Positions 26,420 to 36,430 of a DNA stretch of 64,000 nt are shown here, in pieces. The translations under genes were made by a program, and so were the position numbers. Every line of letters begins with the position of its first letter. Positions within the stretch are counted from its first letter, which is position 1. The stretch is from Candidatus Enterousia sp. (GTDB lineage Bacteria; Pseudomonadota; Alphaproteobacteria; Rs-D84): positions 2,696-66,695 of the forward strand of contig JAZLAZ010000007.1 of the NCBI GenBank assembly GCA_045613445.1, read 5' to 3'. The notes under the pieces are model-generated. The model ran no database searches, had not been told where the DNA came from, and saw only the letters and a list, made by a program, of their open reading frames with translations.

Positions 26420-27069
26420 TGAAAAAACTGATTATGTTTTTTGCTGGATTATTGCTGATGCTGATTATGTTTGCATCGTTGTTTTTGGCAGGTGCAATAT
26501 ATGACACCGGTAAAAAAGCCACCGTGGAGACATATTTCTTTCAACCAAATGACAGTCCCGATCGCAGACCTGGTGTACCCGCATCACCATCTGACTTAAC
26601 CACCGACAAGGTTCGTAATATGTTGGTACGCAGGTATATAACAGAATATTTCTATGTTGTACCGAATACGCAAAATGTTGAAACGCGTATGTCTGGACAG
26701 ACATCATTACGATTTATGTCAAGTAATGACGCGTTTCAATATTGGTTGAATAATATCGCACCACAAATCCAAGAAATGGCCGAACAACGAAAATTACGGC
26801 TGGTGCAATTGACAAATGTTGAAAAAGCAACAGATGAAAAAAACTATTGGATTGTTGAATATGATTTAATAACATGGGAAAAACCGAATGATTTGTCTGT
26901 TCAACCAGTTGTTACACATGGTCAGATTTACTTAAATTTGTTTTATGATGGTATGCGCGATGAATTAAACGGAAAAACAATTGAAGAATTACTGGAATCA
27001 GGCACAGACCCAGCAGTCGCATTTAAATTTGGTGTTTGGACAGTCAGTTCATATGACGAACAAAAATAG
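26419..27069 (+). CDS. second, more divergent VirB8-like / NTF2-fold-like membrane-anchored protein
   Basis: Same architecture (N-terminal TM plus ~190-aa periplasmic domain). LVRRYITEYFYV and C-terminal AFKFGVWTVSSYDE motifs. Start overlaps the previous stop (ATGA). Confidence 0.35.
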   Translation: MKKLIMFFAGLLLMLIMFASLFLAGAIYDTGKKATVETYFFQPNDSPDRRPGVPASPSDLTTDKVRNMLVRRYITEYFYVVPNTQNVETRMSGQTSLRFMSSNDAFQYWLNNIAPQIQEMAEQRKLRLVQLTNVEKATDEKNYWIVEYDLITWEKPNDLSVQPVVTHGQIYLNLFYDGMRDELNGKTIEELLESGTDPAVAFKFGVWTVSSYDEQK

Positions 27070-27077
27070 GTCAAAAT

Positions 27078-27857
27078 ATGAAGCATAAGTTCTTTATCTT
27101 TATCAGTTTAATGTCTGCATTTTTTATGCATAGCTTTGGCATGGCTGCCGGATTTGAAATGGATGATTATGCAATCGTTGACAGTACAGATGCAGATTTA
27201 ACCCTGTCTGATGTATCATTAAATTCTGGTGCAGATGTTGCAGGGGTATCTTCGTTTGATATCGCAGGTGTTATGCTGGGGATGTCATTTGATGATGTTC
27301 AAACATTGTTCTTTGACAATCGCGGATTATATGCCCCTAGAAAAAAGAACAGTATTATTTACACAATTCACCAAGATTGGAAATATAATCTGGATTATGA
27401 ATGCAGAAACCAAGGTGTTGTAATTCCAACAGAACTGGAAAAATGTATAAACAGTTTGGCAAAAAATCGTGGTTTGATGTATGCATCTGAATTACACTTG
27501 GTTCGTGAAAACACTGGTGAAACTGTTGTTGTATATTTTACCAGCAATGCGACAGATAATCGGGTGTGGCGCGTGGTATATAATAACGATGTAAATGAAC
27601 AAGAAGGTGATGCAGAAAAATTTGCACGTCAACGCGAAAATAAAATATTGGCGTTTTGGCAGCACGTGCTGGAAAAATACGGCGCACCCAATTCTGGGGA
27701 TGACAAATGGTTGTCCAGTTCAAATGCGTATGACCCAATGTTGACAGCATATTATGGTGCGTTGGATTTAGTTGATAATGGTCGAAACGCATCTGATCAT
27801 GCAAAGAACATCCAAAGTGCACGCGAAAACTTTAAGGCAAAGCCATATGCGTTCTGA
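27078..27857 (+). CDS. hypothetical secreted protein
   Basis: Signal peptide MKHKFFIFISLMSAFFMHSFGMAA. No homology recognised. Confidence 0.55.
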   Translation: MKHKFFIFISLMSAFFMHSFGMAAGFEMDDYAIVDSTDADLTLSDVSLNSGADVAGVSSFDIAGVMLGMSFDDVQTLFFDNRGLYAPRKKNSIIYTIHQDWKYNLDYECRNQGVVIPTELEKCINSLAKNRGLMYASELHLVRENTGETVVVYFTSNATDNRVWRVVYNNDVNEQEGDAEKFARQRENKILAFWQHVLEKYGAPNSGDDKWLSSSNAYDPMLTAYYGALDLVDNGRNASDHAKNIQSARENFKAKPYAF

Positions 27858-28197
27858 CACATCGTATACCAAGGGATTATTCGCAGAATTTATTGCGCGT
27901 ATGTACCTGAGATTACACGGGTATAAAATTGTAAAATCAAGATATATTACAGGACGAAATACTAATCGCGCAGAAATTGATATTATTGCACAGCGCAACA
28001 ACACAATGGTTTTTATCGAAGTAAAAAATCGTAAAACAGTTCAAAATGCATGGGATGCAATTACTGTGTCACAGGCAAAGCGTCTGCGCCGTGCAGCAGA
28101 AACATATCTTGCGCAACGCAAATGGATGGGCAATGCGCGATTTGATGTGATATTTGTATGCGGATATCGCATTCATTGGATAAGAAGTGCGATATAA
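27847..28197 (+). CDS. yraN: YraN-family (UPF0102) endonuclease-like protein
   Basis: GLFAEFIARMYLRLHGYKIV...AEIDIIAQRNNTMVFIEVKNR signature. Start set to the ATG at 27847. Confidence 0.8.
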   Translation: MRSDTSYTKGLFAEFIARMYLRLHGYKIVKSRYITGRNTNRAEIDIIAQRNNTMVFIEVKNRKTVQNAWDAITVSQAKRLRRAAETYLAQRKWMGNARFDVIFVCGYRIHWIRSAI

Positions 28198-28261
28198 ATC
28201 TTGAAAAAATGAATATATTCCTGTATACTTATTCATGTCGACTAACCCAAAAGGAGAAAAC

Positions 28262-28411
28262 ATGAAAAAGATTATGTTGGCATTGTTTGCAGTATTGACC
28301 CTGTCTGCATGTGGTGGTTATTATAAATCAGGTAACTGTGAATATGAATTCTTGTTACACAAAGATATTTCTATTTCAAAAATCGTTGGTAATATGACTG
28401 GCGGTTGCTAA
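28262..28411 (+). CDS. 49-aa lipoprotein (not in ORF track)
   Basis: RBS AAGGAGA. MKKIMLALFAVLTLSACGG has lipobox LSAC. Followed by a terminator. Confidence 0.5.
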   Translation: MKKIMLALFAVLTLSACGGYYKSGNCEYEFLLHKDISISKIVGNMTGGC

Positions 28412-28416
28412 AAACA

Positions 28417-28442
28417 AAATCCTCCAGATTGGGGGATTTTTT
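28417..28442 (+). terminator. intrinsic terminator (variant of the ATCCCCC/GGGGGAT family)
   Basis: AAAATCCTCC-agatt-GGGGGATTTTTT. Confidence 0.7.
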
Positions 28443-28505
28443 ATATCTGTTGAAATTCTTGATTGCATGTACTAGTATTACGTTAGTCATAACACAAAGG
28501 TTATC

Positions 28506-29336
28506 ATGCAACAAACTTTTACACTGCATACACATACAACACCTTTTGATGGAAAAAATACTGCAGAACAAATGATTGATGCCGCACAACAACACGGCAT
28601 GGAAACAATCGGTATATCAAATCACTTTATTGTGCACCCAGATATTATAAAAACAAAATTCTATCCTTTTGCTGTATCTGGAGGATACAATTATATGTAC
28701 AACACAAATTTCAATAATACAATTTGCAAATTTCAAGAACACTATAATCATCTGGAACAGATTGCCGTAAATTATAACATAAATGTATTACATGGTATGG
28801 AACTGGATTTGTTTGATAACAGACGATGGTATAACGGTTATGCACATATGATAAAAACACTAAATCCAGACTATATTATCGGTGCTGCACATTTTATCGA
28901 ATATGGTGGAAAATTATGTAATATACACGATATGAAAAACGCAGCACCAGATGACCAAGATAAAATGCTGCGTGCATATTGGAAAAAAATTCAATGGATA
29001 GCAAAATCTGGAATGTGTAATTTCTTGGCACATATTGATTTGCCTGCACGACAAAAACTGGGACTGGATGAGAAGTGGACGGATATCGAACAAGAAACAA
29101 TTGATATAATCGCAGAAGCCAAAATACCTGTGGAAATAAATACCGCACTGTATAAATATTCAGATCGTCCACACCCATCACCACGAATTATGAAAATGTG
29201 CGCAGACAAAAAAATACCAATGTTTTTATCGGATGACGCGCATCATATCAGTCATGTGTGCAAATACTTTGAAGATGCAAAAAAATATGCCGATAATTTT
29301 GGCATAAATTTAATCGGACTAGATAAAATTCTTTAA
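28506..29336 (+). CDS. PHP-domain phosphoesterase (HisJ-family histidinol-phosphatase-like)
   Basis: LHTHTTPFDG, GISNH and downstream His/Asp motifs (AAHF, LAHIDL, SDDAHH). Confidence 0.6.
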   Translation: MQQTFTLHTHTTPFDGKNTAEQMIDAAQQHGMETIGISNHFIVHPDIIKTKFYPFAVSGGYNYMYNTNFNNTICKFQEHYNHLEQIAVNYNINVLHGMELDLFDNRRWYNGYAHMIKTLNPDYIIGAAHFIEYGGKLCNIHDMKNAAPDDQDKMLRAYWKKIQWIAKSGMCNFLAHIDLPARQKLGLDEKWTDIEQETIDIIAEAKIPVEINTALYKYSDRPHPSPRIMKMCADKKIPMFLSDDAHHISHVCKYFEDAKKYADNFGINLIGLDKIL

Positions 29337-30244
29337 TCATTTGCACGCGGATGTGCGTTGGCATATATATTTGTGATTTCTGCCATATTTACCTTGGTAT
29401 ATAACTGGGTCGTGGACAAGGACGAATGACCCAACAATTCTTGCAAGCTACGCAAATCTGCGCCCCCTGCCAACAATGCCGTGGCAAATGTGTGACGCAA
29501 TGCATGTGGTGTTACATAATCTGGTAATTGTAAATAATAGCGTAAATTTTCAACAACCTTTTGCGCCATCCGTGGCGACATCGGCAAGCCGCGCACACTG
29601 CGAAATAATTCGTCTGTGGCACTATTACCAAATGGGCGAACAGCAATATACTTTTCAATCGCATCCCATACAACAGGTAATACAGGAACAAGCCTTTCTT
29701 TGTTTCCTTTTCCTGTTATACGCAAAACATCTGGACGACCACGAATATCCATATTCCGCAACGATAACGCTTCGGATATACGCAGTCCACAACCAAATAA
29801 CAATACAACCAACGCCCAATCACGTGCAGCCAACCATGGTTCACCCACATCAATATCACGAATTGCACCATGCATGTGTTCAACATCAATCGGTTCAATT
29901 GCCTTGGACAGTTTGCGTGGAACTTTTGGTGAAGATATTAAACCAATTGCATCGTTTTTAATTCCATGATATCGCGCCAAGTATTTATAAAAACTGCGCA
30001 ACGAAGATAACGCACGCGCCGTCGATTTATGCGACAAACCACGCCGTTGACGATTTGCCAAATACGAACGAAAACACAATGTATCAACACGCGATAAATC
30101 ATGTGGTAATGGTGGTGTGCTGGAAAAATCTTGATAGAACAGCAAAAAATCACGAATATCTGTGTCGTATGCCGTTGCAGTGTGTGACGAATAATTCTTC
30201 GTCTGGGTTAAATAATCAATAAATTCAACAACGATTTCGTTCAA
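29333..30244 (-). CDS. XerC/XerD-family tyrosine recombinase
   Basis: N-terminal SAM-like domain (FIDYLTQTKNYSSHTATAYDTDIRDF). GLRISE, HALRHTFAT, LGHSSLSTTQLYT. Confidence 0.88.
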   Translation of the reverse strand: MNEIVVEFIDYLTQTKNYSSHTATAYDTDIRDFLLFYQDFSSTPPLPHDLSRVDTLCFRSYLANRQRRGLSHKSTARALSSLRSFYKYLARYHGIKNDAIGLISSPKVPRKLSKAIEPIDVEHMHGAIRDIDVGEPWLAARDWALVVLLFGCGLRISEALSLRNMDIRGRPDVLRITGKGNKERLVPVLPVVWDAIEKYIAVRPFGNSATDELFRSVRGLPMSPRMAQKVVENLRYYLQLPDYVTPHALRHTFATALLAGGADLRSLQELLGHSSLSTTQLYTKVNMAEITNIYANAHPRAND

Positions 30245-30253
30245 TTCTTGGCC

Positions 30254-30985
30254 TTATTGTATTTCAAACACCGCAGATACAGTCACAGAAACATCTGTAT
30301 CACGCGATACAATTGTGCCAGTGACAGTATCTGTCATAGATGATGCCATTACCATTTTTGTTCGCAACAAACCGTTTGTCGGTACAACAGAATCAGTTGC
30401 ATTTGTACCATATGATACAGATATCAAGCGCCCTGCCCGTTTGTTGTCGCCAGAAGCCAGTGCGTTGGCACGATTGCGCGCATTTTCAACAGCAACTGAT
30501 AAACATTCTTCCATTATCGGTTTCAAAACTTCAGGGCTGGTATACATACGCAGGTTTTCAGAATATACATTTGGCTTGTTTGCAAACTGAGATAAAATCT
30601 GCTCTATTTCATCAACACTGTTTGCAGACACTTCGACAGCAATCGTCGTTTCAATGCCCAGTGTTACAGATTTTTGTTCGTCACGATTCCATTCTGTCTT
30701 TTCATATGAATTGAATTGTGTCGTCTGTAACTGTACCGGCAAGGTCTTTAAGTATTCCGTGATTTCTGCCATTTGCATCGTTGCATCACGCATTGATTGT
30801 GCTGCACTGTCTGCCAATGCAGTAACACGCAATGTTATCGCTGTTTTATCACGCGGTGCCGTTGTCAGGCATTCACCATTGACAGATACTGTGCGTGGAA
30901 TATTGCCATTACCGTATGTAAATAAATACATGCCAATAACAATCAACAAAGACAAGCTGAAACCAATTAAAAATGGGCGTTTCAT
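30254..30985 (-). CDS. SIMPL-domain (DUF541/BP26-like) periplasmic protein
   Basis: Signal anchor plus SIMPL-like pattern (VSVNGE..APRDKTAITLRV.., C-terminal ENARNRANALA). Confidence 0.65.
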   Translation of the reverse strand: MKRPFLIGFSLSLLIVIGMYLFTYGNGNIPRTVSVNGECLTTAPRDKTAITLRVTALADSAAQSMRDATMQMAEITEYLKTLPVQLQTTQFNSYEKTEWNRDEQKSVTLGIETTIAVEVSANSVDEIEQILSQFANKPNVYSENLRMYTSPEVLKPIMEECLSVAVENARNRANALASGDNKRAGRLISVSYGTNATDSVVPTNGLLRTKMVMASSMTDTVTGTIVSRDTDVSVTVSAVFEIQ

Positions 30986-31009
30986 GTATTCTCTCTCCTA
31001 ATGTTTTAA

Positions 31010-32008
31010 CTAACCCAACATTGCTGCTTTGACACGCGCCAGTGTTTCTGTTGCCACAGGTTTTGCACGCGCTGCACCGTTTGCCAAAATTTGTTCTATT
31101 TCGTCTGGATTTGCCATCAGTCGTTCATATTCCGTACGCGCATCAGATAAAACAGAATTGACTTTTTCAAACAATATTGTTTTCGCAGTACCATATCCCA
31201 TACCACCCGCACGGAACATTTCTGCAAATTCAGATATTTCAGATTCAGATGAAAAATGTTTATACAACTGATATATCGTAGATTCATCAGGGTTCTTTGC
31301 ATCTTCTGGGGTTTTAGAATCTGTGATGATACGCATAATCTTTTTTTTCAATTCCTTTTCTGGTGCCATCAATGGGATTGTATTGTCATAAGATTTGCTC
31401 ATCTTTCTGCCGTCCAACCCAGGTATCAGACCTGTATCACGACCAATCACAGGTGTTGGCAACTTAAATATTTCACCGTATATCTTGTTAAAGTAACCTG
31501 CAATATCACGTGCAAATTCAACATGTTGCTTTTGATCAGCACCAACCGGCACAATATCAGAATTATACAGCAATATATCCGCGGACATCAAAATCGGATA
31601 TGTATATAATCCCATATTGATACCAGCATCAATATCTTCGCCAGATGCAATATTTCTGTCCATAGCAGCCTTATATGAATGCGCGCGGTTCATTAACCCC
31701 TTGGGCGTGACATTCATCAACAATGTATTTAATTGATAAATTTCATCAATATCAGATTGACGAAATAAAACAGCATTATCCAGATTTAACCCCAACGCAA
31801 CCAACATAGCAGTAATTTCATATGTATGCTGTTTAATCAAAGATGCATCATGAATCAAATTTAATGCATGTAAATCCGCAATAAACATAAAAGTCTTTTG
31901 CGTTTGCGACTGTTCAATCAATGGCTTTAACGCGCCAACATAGTTCCCAATATGTGGTGTGCCTGTTGGTTTAATACCAGTTAAAACGATTTTTTCTGTA
32001 CTTGACAT
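31010..32008 (-). CDS. trpS: tryptophan--tRNA ligase
   Basis: GIKPTGTPHIGNYVGA (HIGH) and KMSKS motifs; full length. Confidence 0.95.
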   Translation of the reverse strand: MSSTEKIVLTGIKPTGTPHIGNYVGALKPLIEQSQTQKTFMFIADLHALNLIHDASLIKQHTYEITAMLVALGLNLDNAVLFRQSDIDEIYQLNTLLMNVTPKGLMNRAHSYKAAMDRNIASGEDIDAGINMGLYTYPILMSADILLYNSDIVPVGADQKQHVEFARDIAGYFNKIYGEIFKLPTPVIGRDTGLIPGLDGRKMSKSYDNTIPLMAPEKELKKKIMRIITDSKTPEDAKNPDESTIYQLYKHFSSESEISEFAEMFRAGGMGYGTAKTILFEKVNSVLSDARTEYERLMANPDEIEQILANGAARAKPVATETLARVKAAMLG

Positions 32009-32183
32009 AATAATTACCTTTTCTTGTATTTAATTTTAATGTTTTTACGCTAAAAATGAAAGCCCAAAAATTACAGGGCAGTAAAATAATTCAGGCGGCG
32101 ATGCGCCAACATTTGTTTTCAGAAAAGATAAATGTGTTCTTTAACATATGTTTATTATAGGACACAAAAAGCCAACTTGCAAT

Positions 32184-32210
32184 AAAAATCCCCCAAGTGG
32201 GGGATTTTTA
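32184..32210. terminator. bidirectional terminator AAAAATCCCCC-aagt-GGGGGATTTTT
   Basis: Perfect 7-bp GC-rich stem flanked by an A-run and a T-run. Closes the minus-strand phage-type cluster. Confidence 0.75.
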
Positions 32211-32468
32211 TTTTATTACTGCACCTTTTATCAGGGTCAGGTCTTCTTTGATATCATCAATCTTGATTTGGATTCTGGCGATACCTGTTTCCAAAATTGT
32301 TGTTCTGTTTTCCAGCGCAGTTATACGATTATCAACACGTTCCAATTCCAACACAGAAAAATCTTGCTTGGCAGCCCAGTAAATTACACCTGCGATAAAT
32401 ACGATTATAAACCAACTGTCACGCAAAAATTCAATTAAACCATTTACAGGATGTTGTTGCGATTTCAT
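32208..32468 (-). CDS. phage-cluster small membrane/coiled-coil protein (86 aa)
   Basis: One TM (WFIIVFIAGVIYWAA) plus a coiled coil. Last gene of the cluster. Confidence 0.5.
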   Translation of the reverse strand: MKSQQHPVNGLIEFLRDSWFIIVFIAGVIYWAAKQDFSVLELERVDNRITALENRTTILETGIARIQIKIDDIKEDLTLIKGAVIK

Positions 32469-32668
32469 GATTTATCCCCCCGCCCACGCGATACAAATGT
32501 TTCAATCTGATGCACCAACATGCGTTGCGATTCCAATGAACGCAATTCTGATTCTGTGGCATTTGCCCCCAGCACGCGTTCAATCGTTATATGACGCAAG
32601 TGCGTCAGCACACGCTGCCCAGATGCACCAGAAAATGTTTTGGCATATGCCTGTTCTATATCTGTCAT
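32465..32668 (-). CDS. phage-cluster small protein (67 aa), portal-adjacent
   Basis: Translationally coupled to the portal gene and the next ORF (4-nt overlaps). Faint resemblance to small portal-adjacent proteins of BPP-1-like phages, recalled from memory only. Confidence 0.45.
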   Translation of the reverse strand: MTDIEQAYAKTFSGASGQRVLTHLRHITIERVLGANATESELRSLESQRMLVHQIETFVSRGRGDKS

Positions 32669-33900
32669 AAAGCCCCCCCAATAATACTTTCTGTTGCGGT
32701 CATTTGTGCGATTGGTGCAATGTATTTTAATTCTGCATCGCTGTTTAATTTTATTTCTGGGATCAGACCGCGCGATGACAGAATCTGTAATCCCCTGTCA
32801 CATAACGGTCTGATAAATTCATGTAACAGACGACCATATGTCGCGCCCAAAATACGCATCATATCGGCATTGCGCGCCATAATTTCTGTTGCTGTCATTT
32901 CTTTTTCACTCAACAACCCCAGTCTGTCTACCAATAATGTGTGCCGTATGCGTTCACGCAAATCTTTTAATATAATTTGTGACACATCAAAATTCGCAGC
33001 ACTGGTCAACGGTGTAAGTCCTGATGATCCAACTGCCTTTGGTATAATTGCCCCTGGTGTTAAATTGATATTATTTAAGTTTACAACACCATCGTCATCT
33101 GCTTGCCAGATACCTGATACGGCAATTGTTGCGTTTTTTAATACCAGTTCTACGACTTTGTTCGCTGTTTTTATATCTGGCAATGCACGCATAATGGGAC
33201 CGCGACCATATAGTTCGCCACTGGCAACAGACCAACGAAATACGATATATGGATTTGTTTCAAATGTACCCGTTGATACAATATTATTTTCAATATCGCC
33301 ACCAACATCTAACCATGCTGTAAATTCTGTTCCAACCAAACTTTGCACCAATTTTAATTGTATTTCTGGGTCGTTCTTGATTGAATCACGCAAATTTGCA
33401 GGCGGTGTCCATGTTGGATATTTTTCCATCACTTCATTTGCACTCATCGATGTTGTGTGAAATATCGCGTTTGGTAAAATCGCAATATCTGATACTGGTA
33501 TCGCAGTAAAGTTAAATGCAGATGATGCACCAATTGGATTTTGCCCCATAAACAAACACGCTGTTCCCAAGGTTACTAAATCCATATAGCACTGGTGTAT
33601 CGTCGTGTAAAAATTAGAATCATTTAAGTGGGCACGCAACACAGATGTCGCATAATCAGCATCCGGTGATAATTCACTTTCGCGAACCAGTTGCAACCAC
33701 ATCGATTCTGGAGGTGTCAACAAAGTGTAAATGGATGCAGCCAAGTTATCTGCTGCATCTGATGCTGTTGCATCGTATAATGTTGCTAGATCCACATCAG
33801 ATGTTGGCATTGTATATCTGTGTGCGTCTTCCCAGCGCGAAATCCATGGTTCACGTAAACCAATGGCGCGTTTATAAAGTTGCACTAAATTATTTTGCAT
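32665..33900 (-). CDS. podovirus-type portal (head-to-tail connector) protein
   Basis: N-terminus LYKRAIGLREPWISRWEDAHRYTMP is typical of podovirus head-tail connector family proteins. Lies directly downstream of the terminase. Confidence 0.6.
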   Translation of the reverse strand: MQNNLVQLYKRAIGLREPWISRWEDAHRYTMPTSDVDLATLYDATASDAADNLAASIYTLLTPPESMWLQLVRESELSPDADYATSVLRAHLNDSNFYTTIHQCYMDLVTLGTACLFMGQNPIGASSAFNFTAIPVSDIAILPNAIFHTTSMSANEVMEKYPTWTPPANLRDSIKNDPEIQLKLVQSLVGTEFTAWLDVGGDIENNIVSTGTFETNPYIVFRWSVASGELYGRGPIMRALPDIKTANKVVELVLKNATIAVSGIWQADDDGVVNLNNINLTPGAIIPKAVGSSGLTPLTSAANFDVSQIILKDLRERIRHTLLVDRLGLLSEKEMTATEIMARNADMMRILGATYGRLLHEFIRPLCDRGLQILSSRGLIPEIKLNSDAELKYIAPIAQMTATESIIGGAL

Positions 33901-33923
33901 TTTTATTCCTTTTTGTTGTGTTG

Positions 33924-34787
33924 TTATATCTTGAAATTTGTATTTGCTGAAAATGTTTTAATTGTATGCCCCAATGGTCGCACGATATTTGGCTGTTGTG
34001 CAATTGCACCTGCGACTGCGTCCAGACCATCATCGTGCCCAATATATCCAACTGGTGACCAACCAATCATCTCTGACATCAATGGTGTTTTTTGAATACG
34101 AGCATGTGCATACAGTCGTCCAGTACTTAAAACAGGTTCAATTGCAGCCAAAATTCTGTCTGACTTTGATTTTGTATGTGATACACGATTTACATATACA
34201 CTGAATCCACAACGCATTGCACAATCATGCATAATTTCTGGAACGCCAATTCCAATACCGTTTGTTTCAATTGTTATTCTGGACAATCCGCGCACCCGCA
34301 TAAAGTCAATTACCATATCACACTGACGCGATAACGGAAATTGTTCTGAATCAAGTACTGCCAGATATAAAATATCGTGAATAAACACATGCTTGTTTTT
34401 ATCATCGCGGTATATCAGCACACAGGCACTGCCGTCACGTTTACTGCGACCTGTGGACGGATCCCAATACAAAACACAGCCAGAAATCAGATGTTTACCT
34501 ATTTTGGCTGACCGAGAATCAAATTCTTCGTCATAAAATAGCAAACCACCAGGATCTAACCTTGCGCGTTCTGGCGAAATAAATTCCAACATCATTTGGG
34601 CAGAAAAATGTCGTTCCCCCACTGTTTCTTGCATTTGGGCAATTTTTTTAACCGGAAAAAGTTCTGGCCACGCAGGATTTCCAGCACTGTCCACAATTGG
34701 AATCTTTAATATTTTATACCCAGACAAAAAAGGCGTTGAAAAAGCATTTTTTTCATATACCATTGAACCAAAGAAGGAATTTGACAT
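33924..34787 (-). CDS. terminase large subunit, C-terminal (nuclease) half of a split gene
   Basis: AWPELFP..FSAQMMLEF, YWDPSTGRSKRDGSACVLIY and GHDDGLDAVAGAI are RNase-H-like nuclease motifs. The first usable ATG at 34787 shares the palindrome CATG with the dnaB start. Confidence 0.7.
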   Translation of the reverse strand: MSNSFFGSMVYEKNAFSTPFLSGYKILKIPIVDSAGNPAWPELFPVKKIAQMQETVGERHFSAQMMLEFISPERARLDPGGLLFYDEEFDSRSAKIGKHLISGCVLYWDPSTGRSKRDGSACVLIYRDDKNKHVFIHDILYLAVLDSEQFPLSRQCDMVIDFMRVRGLSRITIETNGIGIGVPEIMHDCAMRCGFSVYVNRVSHTKSKSDRILAAIEPVLSTGRLYAHARIQKTPLMSEMIGWSPVGYIGHDDGLDAVAGAIAQQPNIVRPLGHTIKTFSANTNFKI

Positions 34788-36351
34788 GGACTTTACCCCT
34801 AAGACTTTACCAACCAATTTAGAAGCCGAACAGGCCGTATTGGCGGCGGTTTTAATGAACAATCGTGCGTTGGAACGCGTGTCTGAATTCCTGCGAGCAG
34901 AACACTTTTCGCATCCAGCACACCAAGAAATTTTCAAACTGGCAACCCGTCAATTCGAAGTTGGCATCCCATTTGATATTATCACCGCAAAAAACTATCT
35001 GGATCAGCAAGGTGTTCTGGAATCCGTCGGTGGCGTTGACTATCTGACACAATTATCTGGCGCAGGTGCAACTGTTGTAAATGTTGAACAATACGCAAAA
35101 ATAGTTTACGAACACGCAATGCGTCGTGATTTAATCGCATTGGGCCAAGATATTACTGACAAAGCTTTTATCGAAGATCTGGATAACCCTGTTATTCGAC
35201 AAATAGAAATCGCAGAACAAAAATTATTCGATATGGCCACAACAGGTTCGTCTGAACGCGAAGTATCATCTATTGAAACAGCACTAAATGCGGCATTAAA
35301 AGAAGCAGAAATCGCGTACAAAGCCGAAAATCAATTGTCTGGTCTAACCACTGGCTTGGATGCATTAGATAAATCAATCAGTGGTTTACACCATTCAGAT
35401 TTAATCATTATTGCTGGTCGACCTGCGATGGGAAAAACAACACTGGCAATGAACATGGCGTTTAATGCAGCACACGCAATTGCATACGGACGCGCAAACC
35501 CAAATTACAAGGGCGCAGTTGTATTTTTCAGTCTTGAAATGTCTGCGTCACAGTTGGCTGCGCGTGTATTATCATCGCAATCAAAAGTTCCTGCATCAGC
35601 CATGCGCGAAGGGAATTTGACAGACGAAGACTTTTTGAAACTGACACAATATGCATCCGCTATAAATAAAATACCATTGTTTATTGATGACACACCAGGT
35701 ATGTCGGTACCAATGATTCGCACCCGCGCACGCAGACTGGCACGTCAACATGGTGGCATTGCACTGATTGTTATCGACTATCTGCAATTGATGACATCCC
35801 CAGGTGGCAAAAAAAATGACAACCGTGTTCAAGAAATTTCCGAAATCACCCGCGGTTTGAAAATGCTGGCCAAAGATTTAGATGTACCTGTTATCGCATT
35901 GTCACAGTTGTCGCGTAGCGTTGAACAACGCGATGATAAACGACCACAGTTGGCAGACTTGCGCGAATCAGGATCTATTGAACAAGACGCCGGTATTGTT
36001 ATGTTCACATATCGTGAAGAATACTATCTGCAAAATCGCGATCCATCTGAAAGACTGTCAAATACAACCAATAACACAATGGTAGAAAGCTGGCAAAAGC
36101 GTCTTGATCGCGCCCGCGGCAAAGCCGATATTATCATCGGAAAAAACCGTCATGGACGCCCAGAAACAGTACGCACTGCGTTCTATGGCGATTACAGTTT
36201 ATTCGATAATTTGGACGAATTCCAATCACGCGGAGAAAATGAATTTGCACAGCCTGCACAGACAGTAACAGCATCTGCATTTGGCCCTGATCCAAATTCA
36301 ATGCCAACCGCAATCGATCCAGACGCAATCCCAGACGATATTCCATTGTAA
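34786..36351 (+). CDS. dnaB: replicative DNA helicase DnaB (with ~60-aa acidic/Pro-rich C-terminal tail)
   Basis: N-terminal LPTNLEAEQAVLAAVL, Walker A GRPAMGKTTLAMNMA, IDYLQLM, ALSQLSR, NRHG. Confidence 0.93.
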   Translation: MDFTPKTLPTNLEAEQAVLAAVLMNNRALERVSEFLRAEHFSHPAHQEIFKLATRQFEVGIPFDIITAKNYLDQQGVLESVGGVDYLTQLSGAGATVVNVEQYAKIVYEHAMRRDLIALGQDITDKAFIEDLDNPVIRQIEIAEQKLFDMATTGSSEREVSSIETALNAALKEAEIAYKAENQLSGLTTGLDALDKSISGLHHSDLIIIAGRPAMGKTTLAMNMAFNAAHAIAYGRANPNYKGAVVFFSLEMSASQLAARVLSSQSKVPASAMREGNLTDEDFLKLTQYASAINKIPLFIDDTPGMSVPMIRTRARRLARQHGGIALIVIDYLQLMTSPGGKKNDNRVQEISEITRGLKMLAKDLDVPVIALSQLSRSVEQRDDKRPQLADLRESGSIEQDAGIVMFTYREEYYLQNRDPSERLSNTTNNTMVESWQKRLDRARGKADIIIGKNRHGRPETVRTAFYGDYSLFDNLDEFQSRGENEFAQPAQTVTASAFGPDPNSMPTAIDPDAIPDDIPL

Positions 36352-36430
36352 TTTTTGTATGATTTTACTTGCACAATTTCTAAAAATTGACTAATATTTT
36401 GTCAAGAAATATTTTTTTAGGAGTTTTGCC

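Noticed and set aside
29476-29969. Plus-strand ORFs of 161 and 117 aa.
   Set aside because: They are antisense to the well-supported Xer recombinase gene and have no RBS. They are typical shadow ORFs. The same applies to the long antisense ORFs over cdsA (21135..21611), recG (4503..5042) and the portal gene (32591..33460).
34788-34937. 50-codon N-terminal extension of the TerL C-terminal half (track start 34937).
   Set aside because: It is antisense to the conserved N-terminus of DnaB and shows no terminase-like sequence. The homology starts at about 34787.
34786-36351. An intein or other insertion inside dnaB, considered because of the 521-aa length.
   Set aside because: The helicase motifs are contiguous. 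The extra length is a C-terminal acidic/Pro-rich tail, not an internal insertion.
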